Shown here piece after piece: positions 35,915 to 47,502 of a DNA stretch of 64,000 nt. Every line of letters starts with the position of its first letter. The stretch's first letter is position 1. The notes beneath the pieces were generated by a model. It was not told the DNA's origin. It saw only the letters and a program-made list of their open reading frames with translations, and did no database searches. Source of the DNA: Veleropilina oligotropha (taxonomy: Eukaryota); assembly GCA_048128005.1 (NCBI GenBank), contig JBEUKZ010000104.1, positions 62,001 to 126,000 of the forward strand. Direction: 5' to 3'. Both the position numbers and the translations under genes were made by a program.

Positions 35915-37140
35915 AGCTAAATACACGGGAGGGTGGACACGGGTAGACGGGGTAGGTAAATAGGTATATGTATGGTAGTTGTGACTTTACTACGACAACT
36001 CACAGAATTGCCCTGATCTGAAGATCAAAGATCAAGCGATATACCGCAAATAAAACCCCGAACTGGGAACACCGAGGTCGGGTATTTTACCCGACCGACC
36101 CGGTAACCCGGCAAATTGACTAAAACAAACGGTGGTTCTTTCCTCGAAAAAACCGCCCAGAAAAACACCTGAAACCTCGTGGATGTTTTTATGTTAGTAC
36201 AATGGCGTATTATCCCAGCAACGGCAGGATATCAGAAAAAACGCAAGCGTGATATCAAAAGATCCTGCCTTTTAACAACGCTAGAAATTTTTTATATAAT
36301 AAATAACCAGCAAATAGCGTTGTTAAGGAATTATCCAATATAATGAGTTACCTGTTTGCAGTCTCAAACAATATCAGATAAATATACCGACCAGAAATTT
36401 CAGCTACACACGAAACTTTCCCTCTAAGCGGCCATTTTTAACAGCCACGGCGTCCTTGACGACGATGTCGGTTTCACTTTGATGTCCAGAACTCCTCGAA
36501 GTTTTGAGAATCACTCTTCTTATATTCACTTGTGTCTTGTATCCACAACACAGGGTTATATTCCACTACTTATATTCTATATAAGTATAATACTGCGCCC
36601 TGATTTAACGTGAAATCGGGCGCCTATTTCGAAATATTTGCGGAGCAAAACAACGTCTTTCCGCGGCAGCGGAAAACTTTGAATTGAGGTCTTGTGACTT
36701 CTATGGTTCAGAAGTCTCGCGAGACTTGGCGAGGTCTCGCGGGGGAACGTAGGAGAGGGGGAGCAGGGGAGGTAACCGTGGTACGTTTTTGACTTATTAA
36801 TAGTGCATAATGTGACTTATTCACTGTTTCCGGTTAGCGATAATATTACTATTATGGCAAGAGTAAGGACGTAAGTATGTTTGTAACTACATATACAGGA
36901 CATTAAGCATAATTCCTCCTCCTCCTCAAGTCAAAAGTTGACTTCGGACGGACGTACTCCGGACAAAGCGGTATCAGTAAAGCTCCGCTGACTACGTCAC
37001 AGCGGAGCTAAAAAGTGAGTTGTTTAGTGCCATTATTTTACTATTCACATTTATCATTTAAAAATCAAAGGGTTAAACTTGATGAACAAACTGAATGTGC
37101 ATACCTTGGTGCTTGAATATTAATGTTAGGCACACATTTC

Positions 37141-40100
37141 GGCTTAGTGTAATCGGCGAAGCAAACTTCCATGCGAACTTTTAATCAGACTACGAAACGA
37201 ACATTTGAAGGGTTGATGAATAGCATATAATTTAAATTATATATTACGACACGTTTGTTATATGTGCATACATATTTATATATATGCGAGCGACATTGAT
37301 GCTATTAGTAATAGGGTACGTGAAGGACAGATTCACTCATGAATCAGGACATCAGTCGACCTATATATGAATACCGGCTACTTCGAACTCCTGCTGATTC
37401 GGAACCTCATTGATTATAATCTTGGCTCATTCACATCTTATACTGATTCCGACACAGGAGCATGTAACGCTGTTTATCGTTCGGCTGTTTCCGTTTGACG
37501 ATTAGCACAGTTCATTGTTACTATATAATATAGACAAGGGAGTTCACTATTAGGACGGGACACATACTTTACCATCCCGACATTTCACTGAATTATTTCA
37601 TTTGTCACAAGATGTTGGTTCGAATAGTGACCAATGACCAGCGTGTGCTGCTCTCTAGTCGATAACATGACGAATAAATGGCAAATTACGCGTATTTAAC
37701 ACTCGGCGTTAACACTATCGAGAACTAGGTTGTTCAACAATCAATATATTTAAAAAATAACTTGCACCTCTAGCAAACAACTCCTAAATCTCTATTGTAA
37801 ACAACAACTACATAAACGGGACGCATACGCCTCTTCCCGAATTTGACATATTTGAACCAACATCTTGTGACAAATGAAATAATTCAGTGAAATGTCTCGA
37901 TGGTAAAGTATTTGTCCGGTCCTTAGTGACATCCCATGTCTATATTATATAGTAACAATGAACTGCGCTAATCGTCAGATTTTTTGTCATTTCGCAGTTG
38001 GGGTCCCTGGTTTAAATTTATATCCGATCAAACGTGCATGGTACCAACCGGGCTGGTGTGTGGTGCAACAGGCCAAGATAAACCCCACATCCTAGGCTAT
38101 CCATGTGGTTAAAGTGTTCAGAGGCTGTTTTATATCGCTGGTAAATTATGTAGGCCTACTAGTGACTAGTCCAGTTAATATTCCAGGGATTTATAGTTGC
38201 CAGCTAATGAAGTACCGTACACAAGGCCCCGCGCTAACGTCAGTTCTACCCCCTGTCGAACTTCAGGCCTTCGCGACCAGGCCGAATTTTGCCTGCTATG
38301 ACCCAGAAGGGTGTTAAATTCGATATTAAACATCGATTCAATAAAATCCATTTAGTGAATACTAAGCACACATCCCCAAATGAAACCTTCGCCTGAAATT
38401 CCGGGTTTCCTTAATGTTCCTGGTTACAGAAAGGTAATTGTGAAGTTGTGTTTAATGCTTGCAGCAGGATCTTGGTGAAATCATCGAGACTAGTGCGGCT
38501 CCCAATTCACTCGCTGGGTTGATACGATTCCCAGGAATGGGGTCTATTCTAGTGGCATACTTGTCCAAACCACATTGTGCGGCCATGCCTTGGTATGACA
38601 CTGAGGGTTGTTAAATGGGACACTACAACCATCAGTCGACCTACGCCAAAACCATCAGTGCGTTTTCCCAACCAACCCGGCATTCCTCCCACGATAATAA
38701 TAATTACACAACGGCTCTTTTGTTTTGAAGAGGTTGGTATTCAGCGTGAACACCTTGTTTTCAATGACGATTCAAAAGTAGGGTGGTATAGCCATACCAA
38801 CCTACTTTTCACTCTATACCGACCTGCGTCCGTGCAAGACGGCTAAAGCTGATCACAAGCTAAATTGACAACAAAGGAGCTATAATTGGCCGTTGTGTAA
38901 GTCGGTTACAAACCTCGTTAGTCGGTATTCATCTATTTTAAAGACCTGCTTCCGTGCTGTAACACCTCGACCGCTCCGCGGTCTCGGTGTCACGATCCGC
39001 ACGGGCGCAGGTCTTTCAAATCGATGAATACCTCCAACTCGGTTAGTAACCTATACTTATAGACATGACCCTGAATGAAATTATAAGCACGTTATCTCCC
39101 GTTGCGTTACAAAGAGAGCAAGAGAGACGTATTGGAATGATCCCTCCATCAAACGTGGGCCAATCTATCCTCTATCATCCAGTATATATATATGCACACT
39201 TCAGTTTGGATTTTTGATTAATGTTCACCTTTGGCATAGGCAGGAGTGAAGCCAAGGAAAAAACAATCATTTTATAGATTTTATTGCTCCACATACCGTT
39301 GAAGATTCGAACCCACCGCATTGTAATCAGTGCGATCATCAATACACACATAAGGGGAGGTGGCTACTTGACGGTGGAATTGGGGAGGGTCACAGGATAT
39401 ATGGGCGAGTCATGAAATAAAACCACAACGTTTGTCTCATAAATCTAGTTTTGGCGAAACTTGTTCTTAAAAAGGCGTAGGCAAGAAAAAACACGTGTTT
39501 TCTCTTAAAAGGCAGGAGAGGGATATCACCCCTGAGGATGGGGTGTGAAGAATGGTTCAAAGACCTTCCAGGGCCTGTTCATGAAAAATACAACAGACTT
39601 TGGGAAGGTTTACATTTTTTGACATATTGAATAGATGAATTTCATCGGCCCACCCCGCCTCATATAATAATGCAGGAAGTCAGACAGTTAATTATCAGTT
39701 GATAATATATTATAATAGTTTAACCCTCCGCTACTTCAGAAAATCCTGATTCGATCCGCCCCTGTACACGTGTAGGCCGAAATGTAGTGATCAATAGGAA
39801 ATATCTAAACCATTTAACCGTTTAACGTAAAACTAGCAACACAATAAGTGTTAACAACACATAACCGACATTGTATGACGTATATTTTTTTTGAGACAGC
39901 TTATGGAGGCGAGGTCCGAATCCACAGGGGCATGTAACGCTGTTTATCTTTCGGCTGTTTCCGTTTGACAATATAGACAAGGGAGGTCACTATAAGGACG
40001 GGACACATACTTTACCGTCCAGACATTTCACTGAATTATTTCATTTGTCACAAGATGTCGGTATAAGATGTGAATGAGCCGAGATTATAATCAATGAGGT

Positions 40101-40375
40101 TCCGAATCAGCAGGAGTTCGAAGTAGCCGGTATTCATATATAGGTCGACTGATGTCCTGATTCATGAGTGAATCTGTTGTTCACGTACCCTATTACTAAT
40201 AGCATCAATGTCGCTCGCATATATATAAATATGTATGCACATATAACAAACGTGTCGTAATATATAATTTAAATTATATGCTATTCATCAACCCTTCAAA
40301 TGTTCGTTTCGTTCGCAGTTTCGTAGTCTGATTAAAAGTTCGCATGGAAGTTTGCTTCGCCGATTACACTAAGCC
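37141..40375. mobile_element. Non-autonomous TIR DNA element (~300-bp TIRs, 8-bp TSD), superfamily uncertain
   Basis: TIRs 37141-37442 and 40061-40375 start GGCTTAGTG; perfect TSD CACATTTC at 37133-37140 and 40376-40383; no coding region. Confidence 0.88.
38900..39059. repeat. Short imperfect palindromic MITE-like element
   Basis: GGTATTCATC..AAAGACCTGC pairs with GCAGGTCTTT..GATGAATACC around the centre GACCGCTCCGCGGTC. Confidence 0.65.
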
Positions 40376-43300
40376 CACATTTCTAACTCAAATTTTTTCT
40401 ATTTCTTGTTAATATCAATGAGGGGAGTTTTTCCATGGTGGGGGGAGAATTTCCTAGGAAATACTCCCCCACAAGGGGAATTATTTCCGGGGGGTAAACA
40501 TTCCTGGTACACCGGCACTCCCGGGGCTTGATTCTGTGACCTCCCATTAGTGGACCAGCACCGTATCCAATCGGCCATGCTGCAACCCCATAAATTAATA
40601 GATTCAACAAAGTTATGCCTGTAATTTATATAAATGTGAATCTATAGGGCTTTTTTCCTGTATTCAAAGGGTCGTCAGATGGCTCAAAATAAGTTTTTAA
40701 GTAATTACTGGTACCTCAAAGCTTGTATACATTTATGTTGCACCGTTGTGCTGCACAGCACTGCGTTGGTGTGTAGAGGCCTTAATATCAAGAATTCTAA
40801 GTAATTCTAATATTTATTAACAATACTTACCCTTCTTACAATTGCAAAGTCCCCCTATCAAATTGGCCCCCAGGGAGTAAAAAATCGTTGATAAAAGAGT
40901 TTTTCCTCAAAAATCTAAAAGATTTCCTATAACTATCATCACTCGTCCCTTTCCGTGACCCCTCGGTATAGTTCGGTAGTCGCTGGGGATCTACGTATGA
41001 CGTGACCCTTCCGAATATAGCTTTGGCGGGAACGCTATTGTTCCTCATATTTTCTACCAGCTTAACTGTGAATGAAGAGGAGACTACCACCTACTACTAG
41101 GGTTGAGAGGGGAAGGAAAAAAGTTCTAAGCACTTTAGGGCGGGAATGATGTGTAAGAAGGGTAAGTATTGTTAATAAATATTAGAATTACTTAAAATTC
41201 TTGATATGTTATTACACAATACTGTACCTTCTTACAATTGCAAATTACTGAAAATATCCTTGGTGGTGGGCAGCCCTAACTAACCTCCAATTCATATCAG
41301 ATACTTACGCATAACGTATCCACTGTGAGGCTTGATTAACTCTAAAGTCGGCTTCCAACAGATACAGTGTTTCTTAAATATACTCCTTAAGCGTGAAAAC
41401 GTCAGTACATAGCTGAGCAGGACGCAGGAATAATAATGGAAACGTGCGGAAAAACAAAAATTAGCCACAACAACTAGATGTATTCTCAGTTGTAATGTGC
41501 CAACATAGTAAATTCAGGTTCAATTTATATGATATCTATAAATACCGGAATCAACTAGCATACTAGATATCACGTACAGGGTGCTTCATAGATGAAGCGT
41601 TATACACGATAAAAGGTTACACATAACTTGCCAATAGTTATTAACTGTATATATATTTTATACGACGTCTATATAGGTCTAGTTATATAGGCGTACCAAT
41701 AAAGAATGGGACTTTATTTTTAAACATATATATACAAATGATCTTTCGTTCCTAAAACATGAGTCAAACAGTCTACCCGAGACTTATGAGTCCGTGGATA
41801 CATTAGATGATTTCGGCATTGTCGCAACGTGGTCGCAATCGTCGATCTATATCCTCTGAAGGCCGGCACCGATAGACCTTGATCAAACAGCGTTTGTAGG
41901 TAATCGGCGATATTATCATAGAGGGATCTCGTAGATCCACTTCCCTCGACTGACACCAATCCACGAATAAAGCCATCTAAGTCCGTAGACTATATTAGTG
42001 GAAGGTCTTCTCGACTCACAGACGCTTCGGGCAATCTCTCGAGAGTATCCATTCTCAATGAGTGCGTTTTGACAAACACCATGCGTGCAGGCACAGCCGG
42101 TTTAGGGCGACGTAAACTCGTCAGAACGCGGCTGCCGTAGCAGGACGCTTGCTACAGGTAGTCTCACTGGAATTTCTATATGAGATCGAGGAGTGTCGGA
42201 AAACATGCTGATGCTGGCCACATTGGAGCAACCAGTGTGATGATGCATGGCTCGCGTGATATCTTCCCCAGGACAAGCCGATCAAGATGAATGGGGGAAA
42301 ACAATATGCTATCAGATTCTTCCAGTTAAGCGACAGTGCGTCCACTGCCCAGGCTGCATTGTCTGGGTATGGGGATACATACGGAGGTAGCTGATTGTTG
42401 AACTGTGTGACAAACAAATCTATCTGAGGTTGCGACCACAAGTGCAGAACCCTCCTGCTACCGATCTGTGGAGAGTCCACTCTGTATGATGAACCTGATG
42501 TTTCCGGCTGAGCCCGTCGGCTCGAACGTTCAACCTGTCGGGTATGTGTCGGGCTCGAATAGTTGAGCCGAGTGACATAACTAGACGGAGATCTAACACT
42601 CGGTCGCACAGACTGATATAATGTTTCCGCCCTGGTGTTGAACGTATGCCACGACAGTCGTATTGTCTGTGCCAACAAGATCTGCTTGTTGTGAAGATAC
42701 GGCGTGAAGGCATTGACAGCTAAAATCACTGCTTCCAACTAACGAGTTGATGTGAATTTGTCATGTCTTGTGACCAAAGGCCCGCCGCCACGTGACTGTC
42801 GAGGCACGCCCCCCCAACCTTCCTTCGAAGCGTCTGTGTAAGGAACGCATTTGGAAGGGGAATGACGATCGGAACTGCTTGTGTCAGCAAGTCCGTGTGT
42901 AACAACAGATGGGCTGCTTGACTGAACCAAGGCTGGAGGTCTAAAGACCCTCCCATTGTCCCGATTGTTGCGACCAGTGGGTGCGAAACTCCTGCTGCAT
43001 CAATCGTTTCGGCATATGGCCCATCGGTAAGAGATAGGTCACCGACTCCATATGACCTAGGACAACGGACAATTGTAGTGCGGTTGCTAGTCTGAGGGGG
43101 ATTAGTCCTGCAAGCAATGCACACAGATTCCTGGTACGTTCCTCGGATGGTCGAACGGTATATGTGAGGTATACTCCGAGGCACGTGAACGTCTGTCAGG
43201 GCACGAAGTCGGACTTGACTGAGTTGATCTGCAGACCAAGTTTCTTCGCCATAGACAGAGTGATCTGGAGCGACGTGTGGCAAATATGAGGTTTTAATGT

Positions 43301-44512
43301 AAACCTAATATTAGTATAAAACATACTTACGTCCTTACTCTTGCCATAATAGTATATTATCGCCCAAACCGGAAATGGTGAATATGTCCCATAATGCACC
43401 GTTAACAAGCCAAAAAAGCACACGGTTACCTCCCCTGCTCCTACCCCCCACGTTCCCTAGCGAGACTTCGCCAAGTCTCGTGAGACTTCTGAACAATAGA
43501 AGTCACATGACATCAATTCAAAGTTCAAAAACCACAAAGGAACGTAGTAGAGGGGAGGAATGCGAAACGCAGGGTGGGTAATCGTGTAAGGACGTAAGTA
43601 TGTTTTATACTAATATTAGGTTTACATTAAAACCTCATATATAGTTACAAACATACTTACGTCCTTACTCTTGCCAGAATAACCTTGGATAGGTGGGTAA
43701 GACGTTCCTTACAACAAACCCAAACAAGATAATGACTTACTTTTCACCAATTCGATCAGCATGAAGCGTCGAGTGTGTCCGCCTAGAGTGGAATTTTTTA
43801 CTGAGTATTATATTCTACTCTTACCAGGCGAGAATTTCGACCAGTGTTACCGGGAGAATACGCCGTGGTGTTAGTCGGACGAGGTGAACGGAAGTGCAAT
43901 CAGCCCCTGGCACGGCCGGAAGGATAAATCCCTGTAGGTCTTACGTGTCATGGACCAGTGGCAGCCAAATGGGACTCCGGGCCTATAGGCCGGTAGCCAG
44001 AGGATGCAGTCGGATTTGTAAGCACACGGAACCTAACAGGTTGTGAAAGCTTTAAAATCAAAAGCAAAGAATTAATAGATTATTATAATAATCGATATTA
44101 ATAAATAGTTCGCATGACCAACTTGCGAACGCTAACATGGACGACATGTCACTTAAAATAAATTTTAAGGAAGCAAAAATGTTCGACATGTTACTTAAAA
44201 ATAAATGTTAAGGAATCAACATTTTAAAATGTATTGAACATCGTATGTTCGATTACAGCAAAGAACATAATAATATTGAACCCTAATCTTTTTAAGATTT
44301 GTGCAAAATTATCAAAGTTGTTTTATTAAATTCAATGTGATCTGGCTGTGTCAACACTCAGGTCTGACATGAGAAGTACAAAATCTTAAATTAGATTTAA
44401 GAAATGAACAGACATTGAACTGCCCCATAGGTGTTAATTACATAGCACCGATTGGCCAACGAAAATAAAATGGCGACAGTAAATATGCAAATGATCAATC
44501 AGAGAACAATAC

Positions 44513-47497
44513 TTACTGATTAGAAGACCTCGGTCTAACAATAACCCTTTGTGCAGCAACACAGTGTAAACTGCTTAGGCCATCAGCCCCGGTTGAGTAG
44601 TCGCGCAGATAATGTTTGACAAACACGTTAGCATTTTTCCAATATCCGGCCTGTAGTAACGCATTGATATTTAAATTATGTCGGAAGGCTACAGACGCTG
44701 CAATGGCCCGGACCTCATGTGCGCGTACCGATAAAATAGTTCGGTCTTCGTTGTCACAGCGGATGTATACATCTCTCACTGTCTGTGAAATCCACCGCGA
44801 AACAGTAGTCCTCGTAATGTCGCGGGTGTAGGTGGGCAAATACGATATGAATAAACGTAATTTTCCCTGTCGCAACTCACGGGTTCTGTCTAGGTAGAAC
44901 CGAAGCGCCCGGACCGGGCAATTGAAGCGGTCTGCGTCGCGCCTTCCGACTAGCGTTAGCTTGGGAATAACAACATCGGGTGCGTCCTCGTTCGGCCGCT
45001 GGTTCTTGGCTAAGAAGCCCAGAATGGGACGCAGTATCACCGACCCGTCTGACTGGAATCGTATGTCTCTTAGCTCGGAGGAGAAAGCATGAATCTCGGA
45101 ACAACGCATGCCCGACGCTAAGGCGATCAGAAAAACTGTTTTGTGCGTCAAGTTCCTCATGGTTATCTCGGACATCGGCTCATACGGGGGTAAGAGTAAT
45201 GCGTTAAGAATAAGTACGATATTCCAGGCAGGTGGCTTAATTCTTCGGGTCGGTATCTCGAGTTCATAAGATCGTATAAAATCTGATATCGTTCGGTCGC
45301 TTGATAGGCCAGCATGGGCACGACACTGCTTTAGCGTGGTCGCGATCGTTGCCCGATAGCCTTTGACGGCGGACACTGACATACCGCGGTCGAAGAGCGA
45401 CGATAAAAACTCGATAAACTTGTTCACAGGGGGACGGAGTATATTGATCTGCCTGCTGTGACACCAATCCACGTACTTAACCCATCGGTAGTCATAGACT
45501 TTTGTAGTGGAAATCCTTCTCGATCGGTAGATACGTAAGGCTGTAGCTTTAGAAAATCCTTTCTTAGCAAGGGATCGTTCGATAACCGCCAGGCGTGTAA
45601 ACGTAAGTGGTTCGGCGACTCGTGGAGTACACGGGTGCGTGGTTGCATTAACAGGTCTAGTTTCTGCGGTAACGCTAACGGTCGATCGACGATCAGATCG
45701 AGGAGGGTCGGAAACCAAGGTTGCGTGCGATACAGGGGCGCTATTAGCGTTATCTCGCAACGTTCGGTCGCTGCCTTCTGTAATACCAGTGATAGAATGC
45801 ACGTCGGGGGGAAGGCATACGCGGACAGATTCTCCCATGTCATTGACATTGCGTCGACCGCCAGGGCGGCCGGGTCTGGGTACGGGGAGACATACAGAGG
45901 TAGTCGGTAATTGAATTCTGTTGCAAACAAGTCGACTTGGGGTTGCGACCACCGGCGGCAAACATCCCGAGCTACTCGGCTGTGTAGCGTCCATTCTGTG
46001 TGTATAATCTGTGATCTCCGAGAGAGCGAATCCGCTCTGACATTCAGCTTTCCCGGGATGTGTCGGGCTCGAATCGTCGAGTTGAGGGACATCACTAAGC
46101 GGTGTAGGTCTATTGCTCGGTCGCATAGGGGACGCGAGCGTGTACCGCCCTGGTGCTGTATGTAAGCGACGACAGTCGTGTTGTCCGTGGCGAGCATTAT
46201 ATGCTTGTTGCGGAGATGTGACGAGAGGGACCGTACTGACAGGTAGACGGCTTCTAACTCTAGGAAGTTGATATGTCGTCCCTGAAGGTCTGTCGGCCAT
46301 AGGCCTGATGTCTCGTAACTGTCGAGGTGACCACCCCAGCCGTCGTTCGAAGCGTCTGTGAACAGGTAAGCGTTCGGCTCTGGTGGGGATATAGGAACCG
46401 ACTGGTCCGGCAAAGCGGGGTTCAACCACACTGCTGTCGTGTCGGTAAACCAATGCCGTAGATCGATGCGATCCTTCCACTGCCCCGTCCGTTGTATCCA
46501 GCGATCCCTGAAAGCCTGTTGTAACGGTCTTTTGTCCATGCGACCCGTCGGTAGCAGGGGCGCTACCGACTCGATGTGCCCCAGGACAGTGGCCAGTTGT
46601 CGCGCCGTAGTTATGTCCGATGACAGGGTGTCTTGGATAACCGCGCGTAGGTTCCGCATACGCTTCTGGGTCGGCTTCGCGGTGTACCGGACCGTATCGA
46701 AGTCGACTCCGAGGAACGTAAACGTCGTCGAGGGCACGAAGCAGGATTTTGTCTCGTTGATCTGAAATCCCAGGCGCTTCGTCGATGACAGGGTAAAGCT
46801 CGTAGACCGGAGGCACAGATCTCGGGACGCCCCGAGGATCAGCCAGTCGTCGAGGTACATATGTACCCTGTGCCCTAGAGAGTGTAGGAAGGCCCCCAGG
46901 GCCTGTACTGTTCTCGTGAAGACGTACGGGGCTGACGATAGACCGAACGGTAGGCACCTGAATTGGTAGATCGTCTCCCCGTGTATAAACCGAAGGTACT
47001 GATGAGCCGTGATATGCATCGGGACATGCAGATACGCGTCGGCGAGATCGATAGACGCTGCCCAGTCGCCCGGACGGATGGCCGCTCGAATCTTCGAGAG
47101 GGTTTCTTGCTGGAATTTCTCGGTACGAAGATATAGGTTTAGGTACGAGAGATCGAGGATCGGTCTCCAGCGGCCATCGGGTTTCGGGACCAGGAAGAAA
47201 TGGCTGTAAAATCCTGGTGTGCTGGGCGGCGCGGGATATATCGCTCTTTTTAGGAGCAAATCCCGCACTGCCTGGTCTAAGACCGCTTGTTTCTCTCCGT
47301 TTAGGAGGCGAGCGTGTCTTGTTGGTGGTGCCTCGGTTAAGGTCGGATGCCGGTTGAATGCCAACTTGTATCCGGCACTCACGACTAAGTGGACCCAGTT
47401 GCTGTCTGTCAGCTCTAGCCAGGGCTGGCTGTGTGCTAACAGGCACGCTCCCACCGGCGGGAGCGGGCAACTGGGGCCGTCGCGAATGCCGGCAGCC
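44513..47497 (-). CDS. Tyrosine recombinase ORF of A4
   Basis: 985-aa ORF with GMRCSEI, RAHEVR, GYWK, KHYL. Confidence 0.9.
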   Translation of the reverse strand, partial: GCRHSRRPQLPAPAGGSVPVSTQPALARADRQQLGPLSRECRIQVGIQPASDLNRGTTNKTRSPPKRRETSGLRPGSAGFAPKKSDISRAAQHTRILQPFLPGPETRWPLETDPRSLVPKPISSYREIPARNPLEDSSGHPSGRLGSVYRSRRRVSACPDAYHGSSVPSVYTRGDDLPIQVPTVRSIVSPVRLHENSTGPGGLPTLSRAQGTYVPRRLADPRGVPRSVPPVYELYPVIDEAPGISDQRDKILLRALDDVYVPRSRLRYGPVHREADPEAYAEPTRGYPRHPVIGHNYGATTGHCPGAHRVGSAPATDGSHGQKTVTTGFQGSLDTTDGAVEGSHRSTALVYRHDSSVVEPRFAGPVGSYIPTRAERLPVHRRFERRLGWSPRQLRDIRPMADRPSGTTYQLPRVRSRLPVSTVPLVTSPQQAYNARHGQHDCRRLHTAPGRYTLASPMRPSNRPTPLSDVPQLDDSSPTHPGKAECQSGFALSEITDYTHRMDATQPSSSGCLPPVVATPSRLVCNRIQLPTTSVCLPVPRPGRPGGRRNVNDMGESVRVCLPPDVHSITGITEGSDRTLRDNANSAPVSHATLVSDPPRSDRRSTVSVTAETRPVNATTHPCTPRVAEPLTFTRLAVIERSLAKKGFSKATALRIYRSRRISTTKVYDYRWVKYVDWCHSRQINILRPPVNKFIEFLSSLFDRGMSVSAVKGYRATIATTLKQCRAHAGLSSDRTISDFIRSYELEIPTRRIKPPAWNIVLILNALLLPPYEPMSEITMRNLTHKTVFLIALASGMRCSEIHAFSSELRDIRFQSDGSVILRPILGFLAKNQRPNEDAPDVVIPKLTLVGRRDADRFNCPVRALRFYLDRTRELRQGKLRLFISYLPTYTRDITRTTVSRWISQTVRDVYIRCDNEDRTILSVRAHEVRAIAASVAFRHNLNINALLQAGYWKNANVFVKHYLRDYSTGADGLSSLHCVAAQRVIVRPRSSNQ

Positions 47498-47502
47498 CTA
47501 GG
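45424..47502 (-). CDS. pol: Pol (RT-RNase H-MT) of A4
   Basis: Near-identical to A3 Pol; YLDD intact. Confidence 0.92.
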   Translation of the reverse strand, partial: PRAAGIRDGPSCPLPPVGACLLAHSQPWLELTDSNWVHLVVSAGYKLAFNRHPTLTEAPPTRHARLLNGEKQAVLDQAVRDLLLKRAIYPAPPSTPGFYSHFFLVPKPDGRWRPILDLSYLNLYLRTEKFQQETLSKIRAAIRPGDWAASIDLADAYLHVPMHITAHQYLRFIHGETIYQFRCLPFGLSSAPYVFTRTVQALGAFLHSLGHRVHMYLDDWLILGASRDLCLRSTSFTLSSTKRLGFQINETKSCFVPSTTFTFLGVDFDTVRYTAKPTQKRMRNLRAVIQDTLSSDITTARQLATVLGHIESVAPLLPTGRMDKRPLQQAFRDRWIQRTGQWKDRIDLRHWFTDTTAVWLNPALPDQSVPISPPEPNAYLFTDASNDGWGGHLDSYETSGLWPTDLQGRHINFLELEAVYLSVRSLSSHLRNKHIMLATDNTTVVAYIQHQGGTRSRPLCDRAIDLHRLVMSLNSTIRARHIPGKLNVRADSLSRRSQIIHTEWTLHSRVARDVCRRWSQPQVDLFATEFNYRLPLYVSPYPDPAALAVDAMSMTWENLSAYAFPPTCILSLVLQKAATERCEITLIAPLYRTQPWFPTLLDLIVDRPLALPQKLDLLMQPRTRVLHESPNHLRLHAWRLSNDPLLRKDFLKLQPYVSTDREGFPLQKSMTTDGLSTWIGVTAGRSIYSVPL

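Larger units (their letters stand above)
29452..36894 (-). mobile_element. Apparently intact DIRS-type tyrosine-recombinase retrotransposon (copy A3)
   Basis: Matching ~207-bp ITRs, an ICR, three uninterrupted ORFs (gag, RT-RH-MT, YR) and ATAT at both junctions. Confidence 0.98.
29222..36925 (+). mobile_element. tRNA-derived SINE interrupted by DIRS A3 (pieces 29222-29451 and 36895-36925)
   Basis: A box TAGCGCAGTGG, B-box-like GGATCGACCCC, (CCT)n tail, 13-bp TSD TCAAGTCAAAAGT (29209-29221, 36926-36938). Confidence 0.88.
28919..37014 (-). mobile_element. HINE-like element split by a SINE and DIRS A3 (pieces 28919-29221 and 36926-37014)
   Basis: Matches 1090-1610. The right piece ends in the hairpin AGCTCCGCTG-ACTACGTCA-CAGCGGAGCT-AAAAA. 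Confidence 0.75.
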
